Virus record (IMG/VR): IMGVR_UViG_3300029822_000027
Coordinates: 1 to 40,037 of that record
Strand: one strand, 5' to 3'
Length of the DNA: 40,037 nt
Origin: a virus
Taxonomy: Duplodnaviria; Caudoviricetes
Of the stretch, positions 18,527 through 26,135 are shown one piece after another. Numbering within the stretch: the stretch's first letter is position 1; every line of letters starts with the position of its first letter. Made by a program: the position numbers and the translations under genes. Under the pieces are notes generated by a model. The model was not told the DNA's origin. It saw only the letters and a list, made by a program, of their open reading frames with translations, and ran no database searches.

Positions 18527-19057
18527 ATGAATCGACCGCTGCTCAACCACCAGGCCCTCGAGTCGAGAGTCATCGCCGAGGGTTGCCATTGCACGTGCTC
18601 ATCCCCCGAGGTCTGTCCGCTGTGCGGCGCGGCCGAGGCCTCGCCTCACTGCACCATCCACAACGGCGACGAGCTCGCCCGCGCGCTCGAGGAGCGGCAC
18701 GAGCCCTCCGACGAGATGATCAAGGACGCAGCGAGCGAGCTGCTCAACGAAATGCCGCTCTCGGACAAGCTCGAAGGGGTGGAGTCGGGCGCCCTGCTCG
18801 ACTTCATCGAGAAGAACGACTCCTGCGCCATCACCGATTGGCTCGACGAGAAGATGGCCGCTTACGAGAAGCTGCCGACTGCCGAACGCGACCAGGTGAA
18901 GGGGTTGAATCCCGAGCACATCCTCGGCGCATTCACCGGCGAAGCCCTGCTCGCGCACCTCGCCGAGGATCACCGCGAGCTGCTCGCCGAGTGGGCGATC
19001 GCGCACGTGCTCGAGGAGTGGAACCGGATGGTCGCGAAGCGCAAGGAAGGGAGGTAG
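18527..19057 (+). CDS. Hypothetical acidic protein with N-terminal Cys/His cluster
   Basis: SD AGGAG, ATG 18527; CHCTC..CPLC..HC. Confidence 0.75.
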   Translation: MNRPLLNHQALESRVIAEGCHCTCSSPEVCPLCGAAEASPHCTIHNGDELARALEERHEPSDEMIKDAASELLNEMPLSDKLEGVESGALLDFIEKNDSCAITDWLDEKMAAYEKLPTAERDQVKGLNPEHILGAFTGEALLAHLAEDHRELLAEWAIAHVLEEWNRMVAKRKEGR

Positions 19058-19059
19058 CC

Positions 19060-19272
19060 GTGCTGCGAATCATCAAGGGTGAAGCCCAGGAGCCCAAGCC
19101 GGTCGAGGAGCGGCTTACAGCCGCCCGCACGACGCTCGAGAAGCTCGACCCCGACAGCCCTCTCGGCAGGGCCTGGCGGGCGCGGGCCGAGGCGCTCGCG
19201 CACGAGACCGAGGCGCTCTCGGTCGAGGTGCTGCGCAAGGCCATCCAGCGCTTCGGCCGGCGGGGGTATTAG
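19060..19272 (+). CDS. Hypothetical protein (70 aa)
   Basis: SD GGAGG, GTG 19060; MLRIIKGEAQEPKP... Confidence 0.65.
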   Translation: MLRIIKGEAQEPKPVEERLTAARTTLEKLDPDSPLGRAWRARAEALAHETEALSVEVLRKAIQRFGRRGY

Positions 19273-20289
19273 GTGTGGATCTTCCTACCGTCAACGTGCT
19301 GTCCCTCGCCACCGGAGCCGGCGGGCTCGACCTCGGCGTCCGAATGGCGCTCGGAGCTGCTCGCACGGTCTGTGCTGTCGAGATCGAAGCCTATGCCTGC
19401 GCGGTCCTGGCTGCGCGCATGGAAGAAGGGTGGCTGGACCCGTGCCCTGTTTGGACGGATCTGCGAACCTTCGACGGCAAGCCGTGGTGTGGAGTCGTGG
19501 ATCTCGTCACTGGCGGATACCCGTGCCAGCCGTTCTCTCTCGCCGGCAAGCGCCTCGGCGCCGACGACCCCCGGCACTTGTGGCCCCACGTCGCTCGCAT
19601 CGTGCGCGAGGTCGGACCCCGGTGGTGCTTCTTCGAGAACGTCGCCGGGCATCTTTCCTTGGGGTCCGACCTGGTGCTCCGAGAGCTGGGCGAAATGGGC
19701 TACCGCGTTGAAGCGGGACTCTTCACTGCGGCTGAAGTCGGCGCCCCGCACCGCCGGCAGCGGCTCTTCATCCTTGGGGAGCTGGCCAACACCCACGGCG
19801 AGCCTGACGAACGACGGGGAGAGCCCCGAGAGCTTCCTCGCGCGGGCCGAGCGGCTCAAAGCGAAGGGGGTCAACGGCAACGGGGCGGGGGTGCCGCTCA
19901 CGGTGGCCTGCAAGCAGTGGCCGACTCCGAGCGCGACCGACCACAAGGGATCGAGCCGGCCGGGGCAACGCCGGGGGCAACTCTCGGAGGCGGCCGAGCA
20001 GAAGTGGCCGACCCCGACCGTGGGCGACTCGAAGGCGGGCGGCGCGGCGGGGTACTCGACCGAGAGCGGCCGGCACTCCGGGGTGACGCTGACCGATGCG
20101 GCTGTTGGCCCCCGGGGCCCGCTGACCGCGCCGGATGGGCCGCCTTCCTCGAGCGGTTCCCGGGTGCTCAACCCGCTGTTCGTCGAGATGCTGATGGGCT
20201 GGGAGCCAGGGTGGACCGCCTGCGCCTGTGCGGCAACGGAGTCGTGCCGCAGCAAGCCGCCCACGCCTTCCGCTATCTCTGGGGCCTGA
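19273..20289 (+). CDS. Overprinted alternative-frame ORF: putative MTase beta subunit (WPTP repeats plus motif IX-like segment)
   Basis: Three WPTP repeats and RVLNPLFVEMLMGWEPGWT; open across the whole MTase gene; true start uncertain. Confidence 0.65.
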   Translation: MWIFLPSTCCPSPPEPAGSTSASEWRSELLARSVLSRSKPMPARSWLRAWKKGGWTRALFGRICEPSTASRGVESWISSLADTRASRSLSPASASAPTTPGTCGPTSLASCARSDPGGASSRTSPGIFPWGPTWCSESWAKWATALKRDSSLRLKSAPRTAGSGSSSLGSWPTPTASLTNDGESPESFLARAERLKAKGVNGNGAGVPLTVACKQWPTPSATDHKGSSRPGQRRGQLSEAAEQKWPTPTVGDSKAGGAAGYSTESGRHSGVTLTDAAVGPRGPLTAPDGPPSSSGSRVLNPLFVEMLMGWEPGWTACACAATESCRSKPPTPSAISGA

Positions 20290-20306
20290 TGCACCTGCTC
20301 GACTGA
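19275..20306 (+). CDS. C5-cytosine DNA methyltransferase, catalytic (alpha-like) frame
   Basis: Motifs I LATGAGG, IV GGYPCQPFS, VI FENV, VIII PHRRQRLF, X RLRLCGNGVVP; motif IX is not apparent in this frame. Confidence 0.92.
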   Translation: MDLPTVNVLSLATGAGGLDLGVRMALGAARTVCAVEIEAYACAVLAARMEEGWLDPCPVWTDLRTFDGKPWCGVVDLVTGGYPCQPFSLAGKRLGADDPRHLWPHVARIVREVGPRWCFFENVAGHLSLGSDLVLRELGEMGYRVEAGLFTAAEVGAPHRRQRLFILGELANTHGEPDERRGEPRELPRAGRAAQSEGGQRQRGGGAAHGGLQAVADSERDRPQGIEPAGATPGATLGGGRAEVADPDRGRLEGGRRGGVLDRERPALRGDADRCGCWPPGPADRAGWAAFLERFPGAQPAVRRDADGLGARVDRLRLCGNGVVPQQAAHAFRYLWGLMHLLD

Positions 20307-20332
20307 GCACAGCGTGCTACTCTGAACAAAGC

Positions 20333-20370
20333 GAAGCCCCCGGGCCGACGAAAGACCGGGGGCTTCTTTT
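20333..20370 (+). terminator. Intrinsic terminator-like hairpin upstream of the primase gene
   Basis: 11-bp stem GAAGCCCCCGG/CCGGGGGCTTC followed by TTTT. Confidence 0.75.
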
Positions 20371-20394
20371 CACCCTCAAGGAGGCAACGTCGGA

Positions 20395-22653
20395 ATGCTA
20401 CCATTGGAGCTTTTCGAGCGCAACGTCCCGGCCGAGCTCAAGAACCTGGCCGGCTGGATAGCCTGGGGCCCGGACCCGGAGAGCGGCAGGCCGAAGTGCC
20501 CGCTCAAGATCTCGAACCGCCAGCGGCGCGCCTCGACGCGCAGGCCCGAGACGTGGAACGACTGGCGCTCGGCGCGCGCCTTCTACGGCAAGCACGGCGA
20601 TGGGGAGAAGTGGGGCGTGGGGTTCGTCTTCACCCCCGAGGCGAGGCTCGTCTACGTCGACCTCGACGACGCTCTGACCCCCGAGGGCCAGATGCGCGAG
20701 TGGGCCGAGCCCTTCATCCGCCCCTTCGCCGGCAAGGCGTACATGGAGCGATCCCCAAGCGGCAGGGGCCTGCACATCATCACCCGCGGCACGCTGCCGG
20801 GCGGGGCGACCGGGGGCGCGGCGAAGTTTCCAAGCGCGACCTCGGGCTTGGCCGGCGCCGACGGGCGGCCCCGCGTGCCCGAGGTCGCGATGTTCTCGGC
20901 CTTCAAATACACGACCCTGACCGGCGATGTCTGGAAGAAGCAGGCGACCATCGGCGATGGCACCGAGGCCGCGGCGCAGGTGTGGGAGTCAGCCGGGATT
21001 GCCGCGGCGAAGTACGACGCGGGGGCGGGCCCGGCGCCCAAGCCCGAGCACCTCCCGAAGCCCGGCAAGGTGCCATCCTCGGTCAAGCGGGAGCTCAAGG
21101 AATGCAGCGCGGCCGACGCGGAAGATCGGAGCGCGGCGCGATTCGGCTTCTACTGCGAGGCGATGCGCGGGGGCTTGGAGCCAGAGGAGCTCTTCGCCCT
21201 GGTGCTCGATTCGGACTGGTACGGCTCGAGCGGGGCGAGTGAGAAGGGCCCGGATCACACGTGGGCCGACATTGTCCGGGCCTACGCGAAGGCCGAAGAC
21301 CTGCGGGCGCAGTTTGCCGAGGTCGAGGGGGCTCAGATCGAGGAGAAGAAGCAGGCTCAGGTCTCATGGAAAGACCTCGGATTGCCGGTCACCGTGCGGA
21401 TGACCAAGGGCGGGCCGGTCGTCGAAGTCGTGCAGGGCGTGCAGGCTATGGCCATCACGCTCGAGCGCCATCCGGAGTGGGCCGGGCGGCTGCGGCGCAA
21501 CGGGCTCAAGGAGACCATCGAGCTCGACGGCGAGCCGCTTGAGGAGTACCGCTGGCCCGAGATCGCCGAGCGGCTGCGCTCCTACCTAATGTGGCCCTCG
21601 GAGCCGGCGAAGAACAGCGTGTGGGAGGCCATCACCCTGGCTGCCGAGGCTCTCCGGTATCACCCGGTCGCCGAATACCTGCGGGCGCTGCGCTGGGATG
21701 GGGTCGACCGGATCTCGGACTGGCTCGTACGTGCGGGGTGCGAGGATTCGGCGGTTACCCGGGTGATCGGGCGCAAGTGGATCATATCCCTGGCGGCCCG
21801 AGCGCTTAGGCCCGGGTGCAAATCTGACTGCGTGCTCGTGCTTGAAGGGGATCAAGGGTATCGCAAGAGCTCGCTCTTCGAGGCGCTCGCCGGCGGACCC
21901 GAGTTCTTTACCGACAGCTCGGTGCAGCTCGACAAAGATGGGCTGATGGTCATGTCCGGACACTGGATCGTGGAGGCCGCCGAGCTTGCGAGCTTCAAGA
22001 AGGCCGAGACCGAGACCATCAAAGCCTTCCTCTCGCGCAAGGTGGACACGTTCCGGCCCCCCTACGGTAGGACTACGCTCTCGAAGCCGCGGCACTTCGT
22101 CATCGTCGGCTCGACGAACGATGATGAGTACCTCACCGACACGACTGGCAACCGCCGCTACTGGCCGGTGAGAGTGCCCAAGGGCGTGATGCTCGATGTT
22201 GATCTGGTGCGCACCGAGCGGGATCAACTGCTCGCCGAGGCTGTCACGGCTCTGGAGACTGGCGAGCCGTGGTGGTTCGAGACGCAGCCGCGCGAGCTCA
22301 CCGAGGCCCAGGCCTCACGGCTTGCGGCGGACCCACTTGAGGGCCGGCTCGACATCGCCCTCGAGCAGTCGGAGCGCCCCGTCCACGTGCCGGCGCTGCT
22401 CGAGCTGATGGGGCTGCCGTGCGACCGAAAAGACCTCGCGATGAGGCTCGGGAAATTGCTGCGGGCACGTGGATTTTTCCGCGTGAAGGCGTGGGCTGGA
22501 AATTCGGCTAAATGGGTTTGGCGCGAGGTGGGAATGGGCGATGAGCCCTCGGAAAATCAGAATGTAATTTCGCTGACTACATTGACACACCTGCACAACG
22601 GAACAGGCGCAGGTGTAAAAGATGAAGAAAAATGGCTGGAAGTGCTAGATTAG
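20395..22653 (+). CDS. AEP-type primase fused to a VapE/VirE-family P-loop ATPase/helicase
   Basis: N-terminal VYVDLD and ERSPSGRGLHI; C-terminal YHPVAEYL..WDG, PGCKSD, EGDQGYRKSS, FRPPYGR, GSTN..DTTGNRRYWPV. Confidence 0.9.
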   Translation: MLPLELFERNVPAELKNLAGWIAWGPDPESGRPKCPLKISNRQRRASTRRPETWNDWRSARAFYGKHGDGEKWGVGFVFTPEARLVYVDLDDALTPEGQMREWAEPFIRPFAGKAYMERSPSGRGLHIITRGTLPGGATGGAAKFPSATSGLAGADGRPRVPEVAMFSAFKYTTLTGDVWKKQATIGDGTEAAAQVWESAGIAAAKYDAGAGPAPKPEHLPKPGKVPSSVKRELKECSAADAEDRSAARFGFYCEAMRGGLEPEELFALVLDSDWYGSSGASEKGPDHTWADIVRAYAKAEDLRAQFAEVEGAQIEEKKQAQVSWKDLGLPVTVRMTKGGPVVEVVQGVQAMAITLERHPEWAGRLRRNGLKETIELDGEPLEEYRWPEIAERLRSYLMWPSEPAKNSVWEAITLAAEALRYHPVAEYLRALRWDGVDRISDWLVRAGCEDSAVTRVIGRKWIISLAARALRPGCKSDCVLVLEGDQGYRKSSLFEALAGGPEFFTDSSVQLDKDGLMVMSGHWIVEAAELASFKKAETETIKAFLSRKVDTFRPPYGRTTLSKPRHFVIVGSTNDDEYLTDTTGNRRYWPVRVPKGVMLDVDLVRTERDQLLAEAVTALETGEPWWFETQPRELTEAQASRLAADPLEGRLDIALEQSERPVHVPALLELMGLPCDRKDLAMRLGKLLRARGFFRVKAWAGNSAKWVWREVGMGDEPSENQNVISLTTLTHLHNGTGAGVKDEEKWLEVLD

Positions 22654-22860
22654 GCCGAGGTGGGAAGGGTGGTGGGAATGCCGCAAGTGCCGATTCTGGC
22701 TCAAGCTATTCCCACCTTCCCACCTTCCATCTAACTGAGAAGATCTCTGTAGAAAAACACACCCTATACTGAACAGGTGTATATGTAGGCATGATGTGAT
22801 CGTCATATGGCGAAAGTGTTTGGGGATAGGTGGGAAGGCGGGAAGGTGGGAAGGAAAATT
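22654..22860. repeat. Putative replication origin: GGTGGGAA octamer repeats around an AT-rich core
   Basis: Octamers at 22659, 22671, 22829, 22837 (one mismatch) and 22845; inverted copies at 22709 and 22717; non-coding, low GC, immediately downstream of the primase gene. Confidence 0.65.
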
Positions 22861-22947
22861 CGCCGAGCATTTTCGGCTGAATTTCTCAGGCCGGCGCGTG
22901 CCGGCTCGATTTAGCGCCCCGCGTGGGGCTTCGAAGGAGGCGGAAGC

Positions 22948-23466
22948 GTGGCCCTGCACCCGAAAATCGAGCGGTTCCTGGGCGAGTACCTGATTGACCT
23001 CTCGGCGCCGCGTGCAGCCGAGGTTGCGGGGGTGGCCGTGGGCACCGCGTATGCCTGGCTGCGCGACCCCCGCGTGCAGCAGCGGCTCTCCGAGCTCCAG
23101 GCGGCCAGTGTCCGCCGCGTGGGACTTGAGGCTGACCGCATCCTGCTCGAGCTCGTGCGCCTGGCGATGGTCGACCCCATCCACGCCTTCGACAAGCAGG
23201 GCAACCTGCGCCCCCTAGACCAGATCCCCGAGGACGTGCGCCGGGCGATCAGCGGGATCGAGGTCGAGGAGAAGACCCGAGGCAAGGGCGAAGACGCCGA
23301 GCCCTACCGCGTGAAGAAGGTCAAGTTCTGGAGCAAGGAGAAGGCCCTCGAGCTGCTCGGAAAGCACAAGAAGCTCTTCACCGACAAGGTCGAGGTAGAC
23401 GGGCAGGTCTCGGTCAAGGTGTCCATTTCCGGTATTCGCAAACCCGAAGACACTGTGCTAGATTGA
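22948..23466 (+). CDS. terS: Terminase small subunit
   Basis: FLGEYLIDLSAPRAA..AG HTH; KKVKFWSKEKALELLGKHKKLFTDKVE; SD AGGAGG with GTG start. Confidence 0.9.
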   Translation: MALHPKIERFLGEYLIDLSAPRAAEVAGVAVGTAYAWLRDPRVQQRLSELQAASVRRVGLEADRILLELVRLAMVDPIHAFDKQGNLRPLDQIPEDVRRAISGIEVEEKTRGKGEDAEPYRVKKVKFWSKEKALELLGKHKKLFTDKVEVDGQVSVKVSISGIRKPEDTVLD

Positions 23467-23497
23467 CCGCTCACCCCGCGAGAGGACAGGCGATCCC

Positions 23498-23839
23498 ATG
23501 AGTGACGACCCGAAGGAAGGCATCCAGGCAGCGTGCGACGAGCTCGAGCCGGTCGCCCTCACCGTGCGCGATGCGCATGAAGCCGTGGTGGGCGTGCTCG
23601 CCGACATGCTCGCCGACATGCGCGAGGGCTACGAGGCCGAGCGGAATCAGGCCGCGCCCGAGAGCATCGAGCATCGCAACGCGGCGCTCCTCGTGACCGT
23701 GCTGCGCCAGTACGAGACCGAAGCCTTGGGAGACCTGCGGCGGCTTCAGAAGCTGGGCCCGTCGTTGATCGTCAAGCCGGGCGGGGTGGTGCACCTGACC
23801 GACGAGCAGGCCCTGAGCCTTCTTGGGAAGAAGGCCTAG
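23498..23839 (+). CDS. Hypothetical protein
   Basis: SD GAGGA; 113-aa ORF with phage-like codon usage. Confidence 0.7.
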   Translation: MSDDPKEGIQAACDELEPVALTVRDAHEAVVGVLADMLADMREGYEAERNQAAPESIEHRNAALLVTVLRQYETEALGDLRRLQKLGPSLIVKPGGVVHLTDEQALSLLGKKA

Positions 23840-23861
23840 CGCCGTGGCTCAGGTGCGCCCG

Positions 23862-24068
23862 ATGACGCATCTCGAAGACCGGGGGCCGAACACCGCGGCC
23901 ATCCGGCACTTCCACAGCCGCGGGCTTTGCCCCCACTGCCGGCGGCCCCTGGAGCTTGGCGAGCCCGAGGGCGAGGGCCGCTGGGCTGCCTGCACGCGCT
24001 GCGGGCATCGGGTGCTTGCGCAGAAGCGCAGCGGCCTGCTTCGGCGCCTGCGGGAGCGGATGGCTTGA
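23862..24068 (+). CDS. Small zinc-ribbon protein
   Basis: CPHC..CTRC; start may instead be GTG 23844. Confidence 0.6.
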   Translation: MTHLEDRGPNTAAIRHFHSRGLCPHCRRPLELGEPEGEGRWAACTRCGHRVLAQKRSGLLRRLRERMA

Positions 24069-24099
24069 GCCCGACAATGCCCGCTTCCCCGCAGATAGG

Positions 24100-24163
24100 C
24101 CTTGACGGGAGCACCTGTTCAGGGTTATCGGATTCTGTGAATCCCAAACAGGAGCCGACACCC
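24100..24163 (+). promoter_or_regulatory. Promoter/RBS cassette, copy B, with GGATTC-TGT-GAATCC palindrome
   Basis: Homologous to 18464-18523; directly precedes the MT-A70 gene. Confidence 0.7.
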
Positions 24164-24721
24164 ATGCTGCATCTCAAGCCCGAAGGTGGATTTCAAATCA
24201 TCTACGCCGATCCGCCGTGGAGCTACGATGACAAGAGCTGCAGCGGCGCTGCGGAAGCCCACTACTCGACCATGAAGTTCGCTGACATCGCGGCGCTCCC
24301 GGTCGCCGACATCTGTGCGCCAGACGCGGCCCTCTTCCTCTGGGCGACATTCCCGAAGATCGAAGAGGCGCTCGCCCTCATTCCGAGGTGGGGCTTCACG
24401 TACAAAACCATCGCCTTCTCCTGGCTCAAGTTCTACTCGAGCGGCAAGCCCTTCTTCGGCCTCGGCCGATGGACCCGTGGCAACGTCGAGCCCTGCCTGC
24501 TCGCGGTGCGTGGCAAGCCGAAGCGGGTCTCGGCCTCCGTCTCGCAGATTGTCGCGCACGAGGTCACGCGACACAGTGAGAAGCCCCCGGTAGTGCGCGA
24601 GAAGATCGTCGAGCTGATGGGCGACACCCCCAGAATCGAGCTCTTCGCGCGCAGCGCTGCGCCTGGCTGGAAGGCTTGGGGCGCCGAGGCGCCTTGGCAG
24701 CCGGAGGACGTGCTGCTTTGA
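24164..24721 (+). CDS. MT-A70 family adenine methyltransferase
   Basis: IIYADPPW, LFLWAT, WGFTYKT, HSEKP, RIELFAR; SD AGGAG, ATG 24164. Confidence 0.92.
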   Translation: MLHLKPEGGFQIIYADPPWSYDDKSCSGAAEAHYSTMKFADIAALPVADICAPDAALFLWATFPKIEEALALIPRWGFTYKTIAFSWLKFYSSGKPFFGLGRWTRGNVEPCLLAVRGKPKRVSASVSQIVAHEVTRHSEKPPVVREKIVELMGDTPRIELFARSAAPGWKAWGAEAPWQPEDVLL

Positions 24722-26130
24722 GCGAGGTCTCGGTCAGCTTCGACGCACCCCCGACCCTGGGCCGCTTCCTCGGGTCGGATGCCTTCATCCGGGTGGCGAT
24801 GGGGCCGGTGGGCTCGGGGAAGAGCTCGGCCTGCTGCGTCGAGCTGATGCGCCGGGCGATCGAGACCCCGGCGGGCACCGATGGTGTGCGGCGCAGCCGG
24901 TTCTGTGTGGTGCGCAACACGTATCGGGAGCTCGCGGACACGACGATCAAGACCTTCGAGGAGTGGATCCCCGCACCGATCCGGCACCGGAGCGCCCAGG
25001 AGAACAGCTACACGCTGCGCTTCGACGACATCGAGGCCCTGGTGATGTTCCGCGCTCTCGACCGGCCCGACGACGTTGGGAAGCTGCTCTCGCTCGAGCT
25101 CACCGGCTGCTATTTCAACGAATTGAAAGAGATCCCCAAAGCTGTATGGGATCTGATGCAAACCCGCGTCGGGCGTTATCCGGCCCCGCGCAGCCTGCCC
25201 CCGGGCACGCGCTATTGGTTCGGCATCTGGGCGGACACGAACCCGCCCGATAATGACCACTGGGTTTACAAGCTCTTTGAGGAGACGCGGCCGGAAGGGC
25301 ACGAGCTCTTCAAACAGCCTGGCGGGCTCGAGCCCGACGCGGAGAACCTCGAGAACCTGCAGCCGGGCTACTACGAGCGGCTCGGGCTCGGCAAAGACCC
25401 GGAATGGATCAAGGTCTATCGCGATGGGCAGTACGGCTTCCCGCGTGACGGCAAACCCATCTACCCGGAGTGGCAGGACAGGATCCACTGTGTGGAGTGC
25501 CTGCCCGACCCGCGCGCCGAGATCATTCTCGGGATGGATTTCGGCTTGACTCCAGCAGCCGTGCTCCTGCAGCGCGACCCGCGCGACGGGCAATTGCAGG
25601 CCTTCGATGAGCTCGTCTCCACCGACATGGGCGCGGTCACCTTCGCCGGCGAGCTCGCCCGGCTCATCAAGGGCACCTATCCCGGCCGGCGCATCATCGG
25701 CTCGGGCGATCCGGCCGGCGAGCAGCGCGCCCAGACCGACGAGCGCACCCCGTTCGACGTGGTCAACGCCGCTGGGATCCCTATCTCGCCAGCACCCACG
25801 AATGACTGGATCCTGCGCCGGGAAGCGGTCGCAACGAACCTCACCCGGCTGACCATGCTCGGGCGCCCGGCGCTCGTCATCGATCCGCGCTGCAAGGTGC
25901 TGCGCAAGGCGCACCAGGGCGGCTACTGCTATCGGCGCCTGCAGGTCTCGGGGCGCGAGACCTTCGCGGACAAGCCCGACAAGACCGAGTATTCGCACGT
26001 CGCGGAAGCGCTGCAGTATGCGCTTGTTGGCATCGGCGAGGATCGTCGAGCGGTTGACGCTGGCGAATCCCGGACGGTTGAGCTACGCTTCCGAGTCAAG
26101 CCGACGCTTGCCCGCAATCGCAGGAGATAG
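24718..26130 (+). CDS. terL: Terminase large subunit
   Basis: Walker A GPVGSGKS, Walker B YFNE, DTNPP, nuclease GMDFG, SHVAEALQY; probable TTG start overlapping the MTase TGA, SD GGAGG. Confidence 0.93.
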   Translation: MSEVSVSFDAPPTLGRFLGSDAFIRVAMGPVGSGKSSACCVELMRRAIETPAGTDGVRRSRFCVVRNTYRELADTTIKTFEEWIPAPIRHRSAQENSYTLRFDDIEALVMFRALDRPDDVGKLLSLELTGCYFNELKEIPKAVWDLMQTRVGRYPAPRSLPPGTRYWFGIWADTNPPDNDHWVYKLFEETRPEGHELFKQPGGLEPDAENLENLQPGYYERLGLGKDPEWIKVYRDGQYGFPRDGKPIYPEWQDRIHCVECLPDPRAEIILGMDFGLTPAAVLLQRDPRDGQLQAFDELVSTDMGAVTFAGELARLIKGTYPGRRIIGSGDPAGEQRAQTDERTPFDVVNAAGIPISPAPTNDWILRREAVATNLTRLTMLGRPALVIDPRCKVLRKAHQGGYCYRRLQVSGRETFADKPDKTEYSHVAEALQYALVGIGEDRRAVDAGESRTVELRFRVKPTLARNRRR

Positions 26131-26135
26131 ATCCC

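Noticed and set aside
19269-20294. 341-aa antisense ORF over the MTase
   Set aside because: No recognisable motifs or SD; best explained as a shadow of a GC-rich, doubly constrained region.
22654-22860. CRISPR array
   Set aside because: Repeats are 8 bp, irregularly spaced and in both orientations, with no spacer periodicity. The Cas4-like DUF2800 gene is a normal phage replication nuclease.
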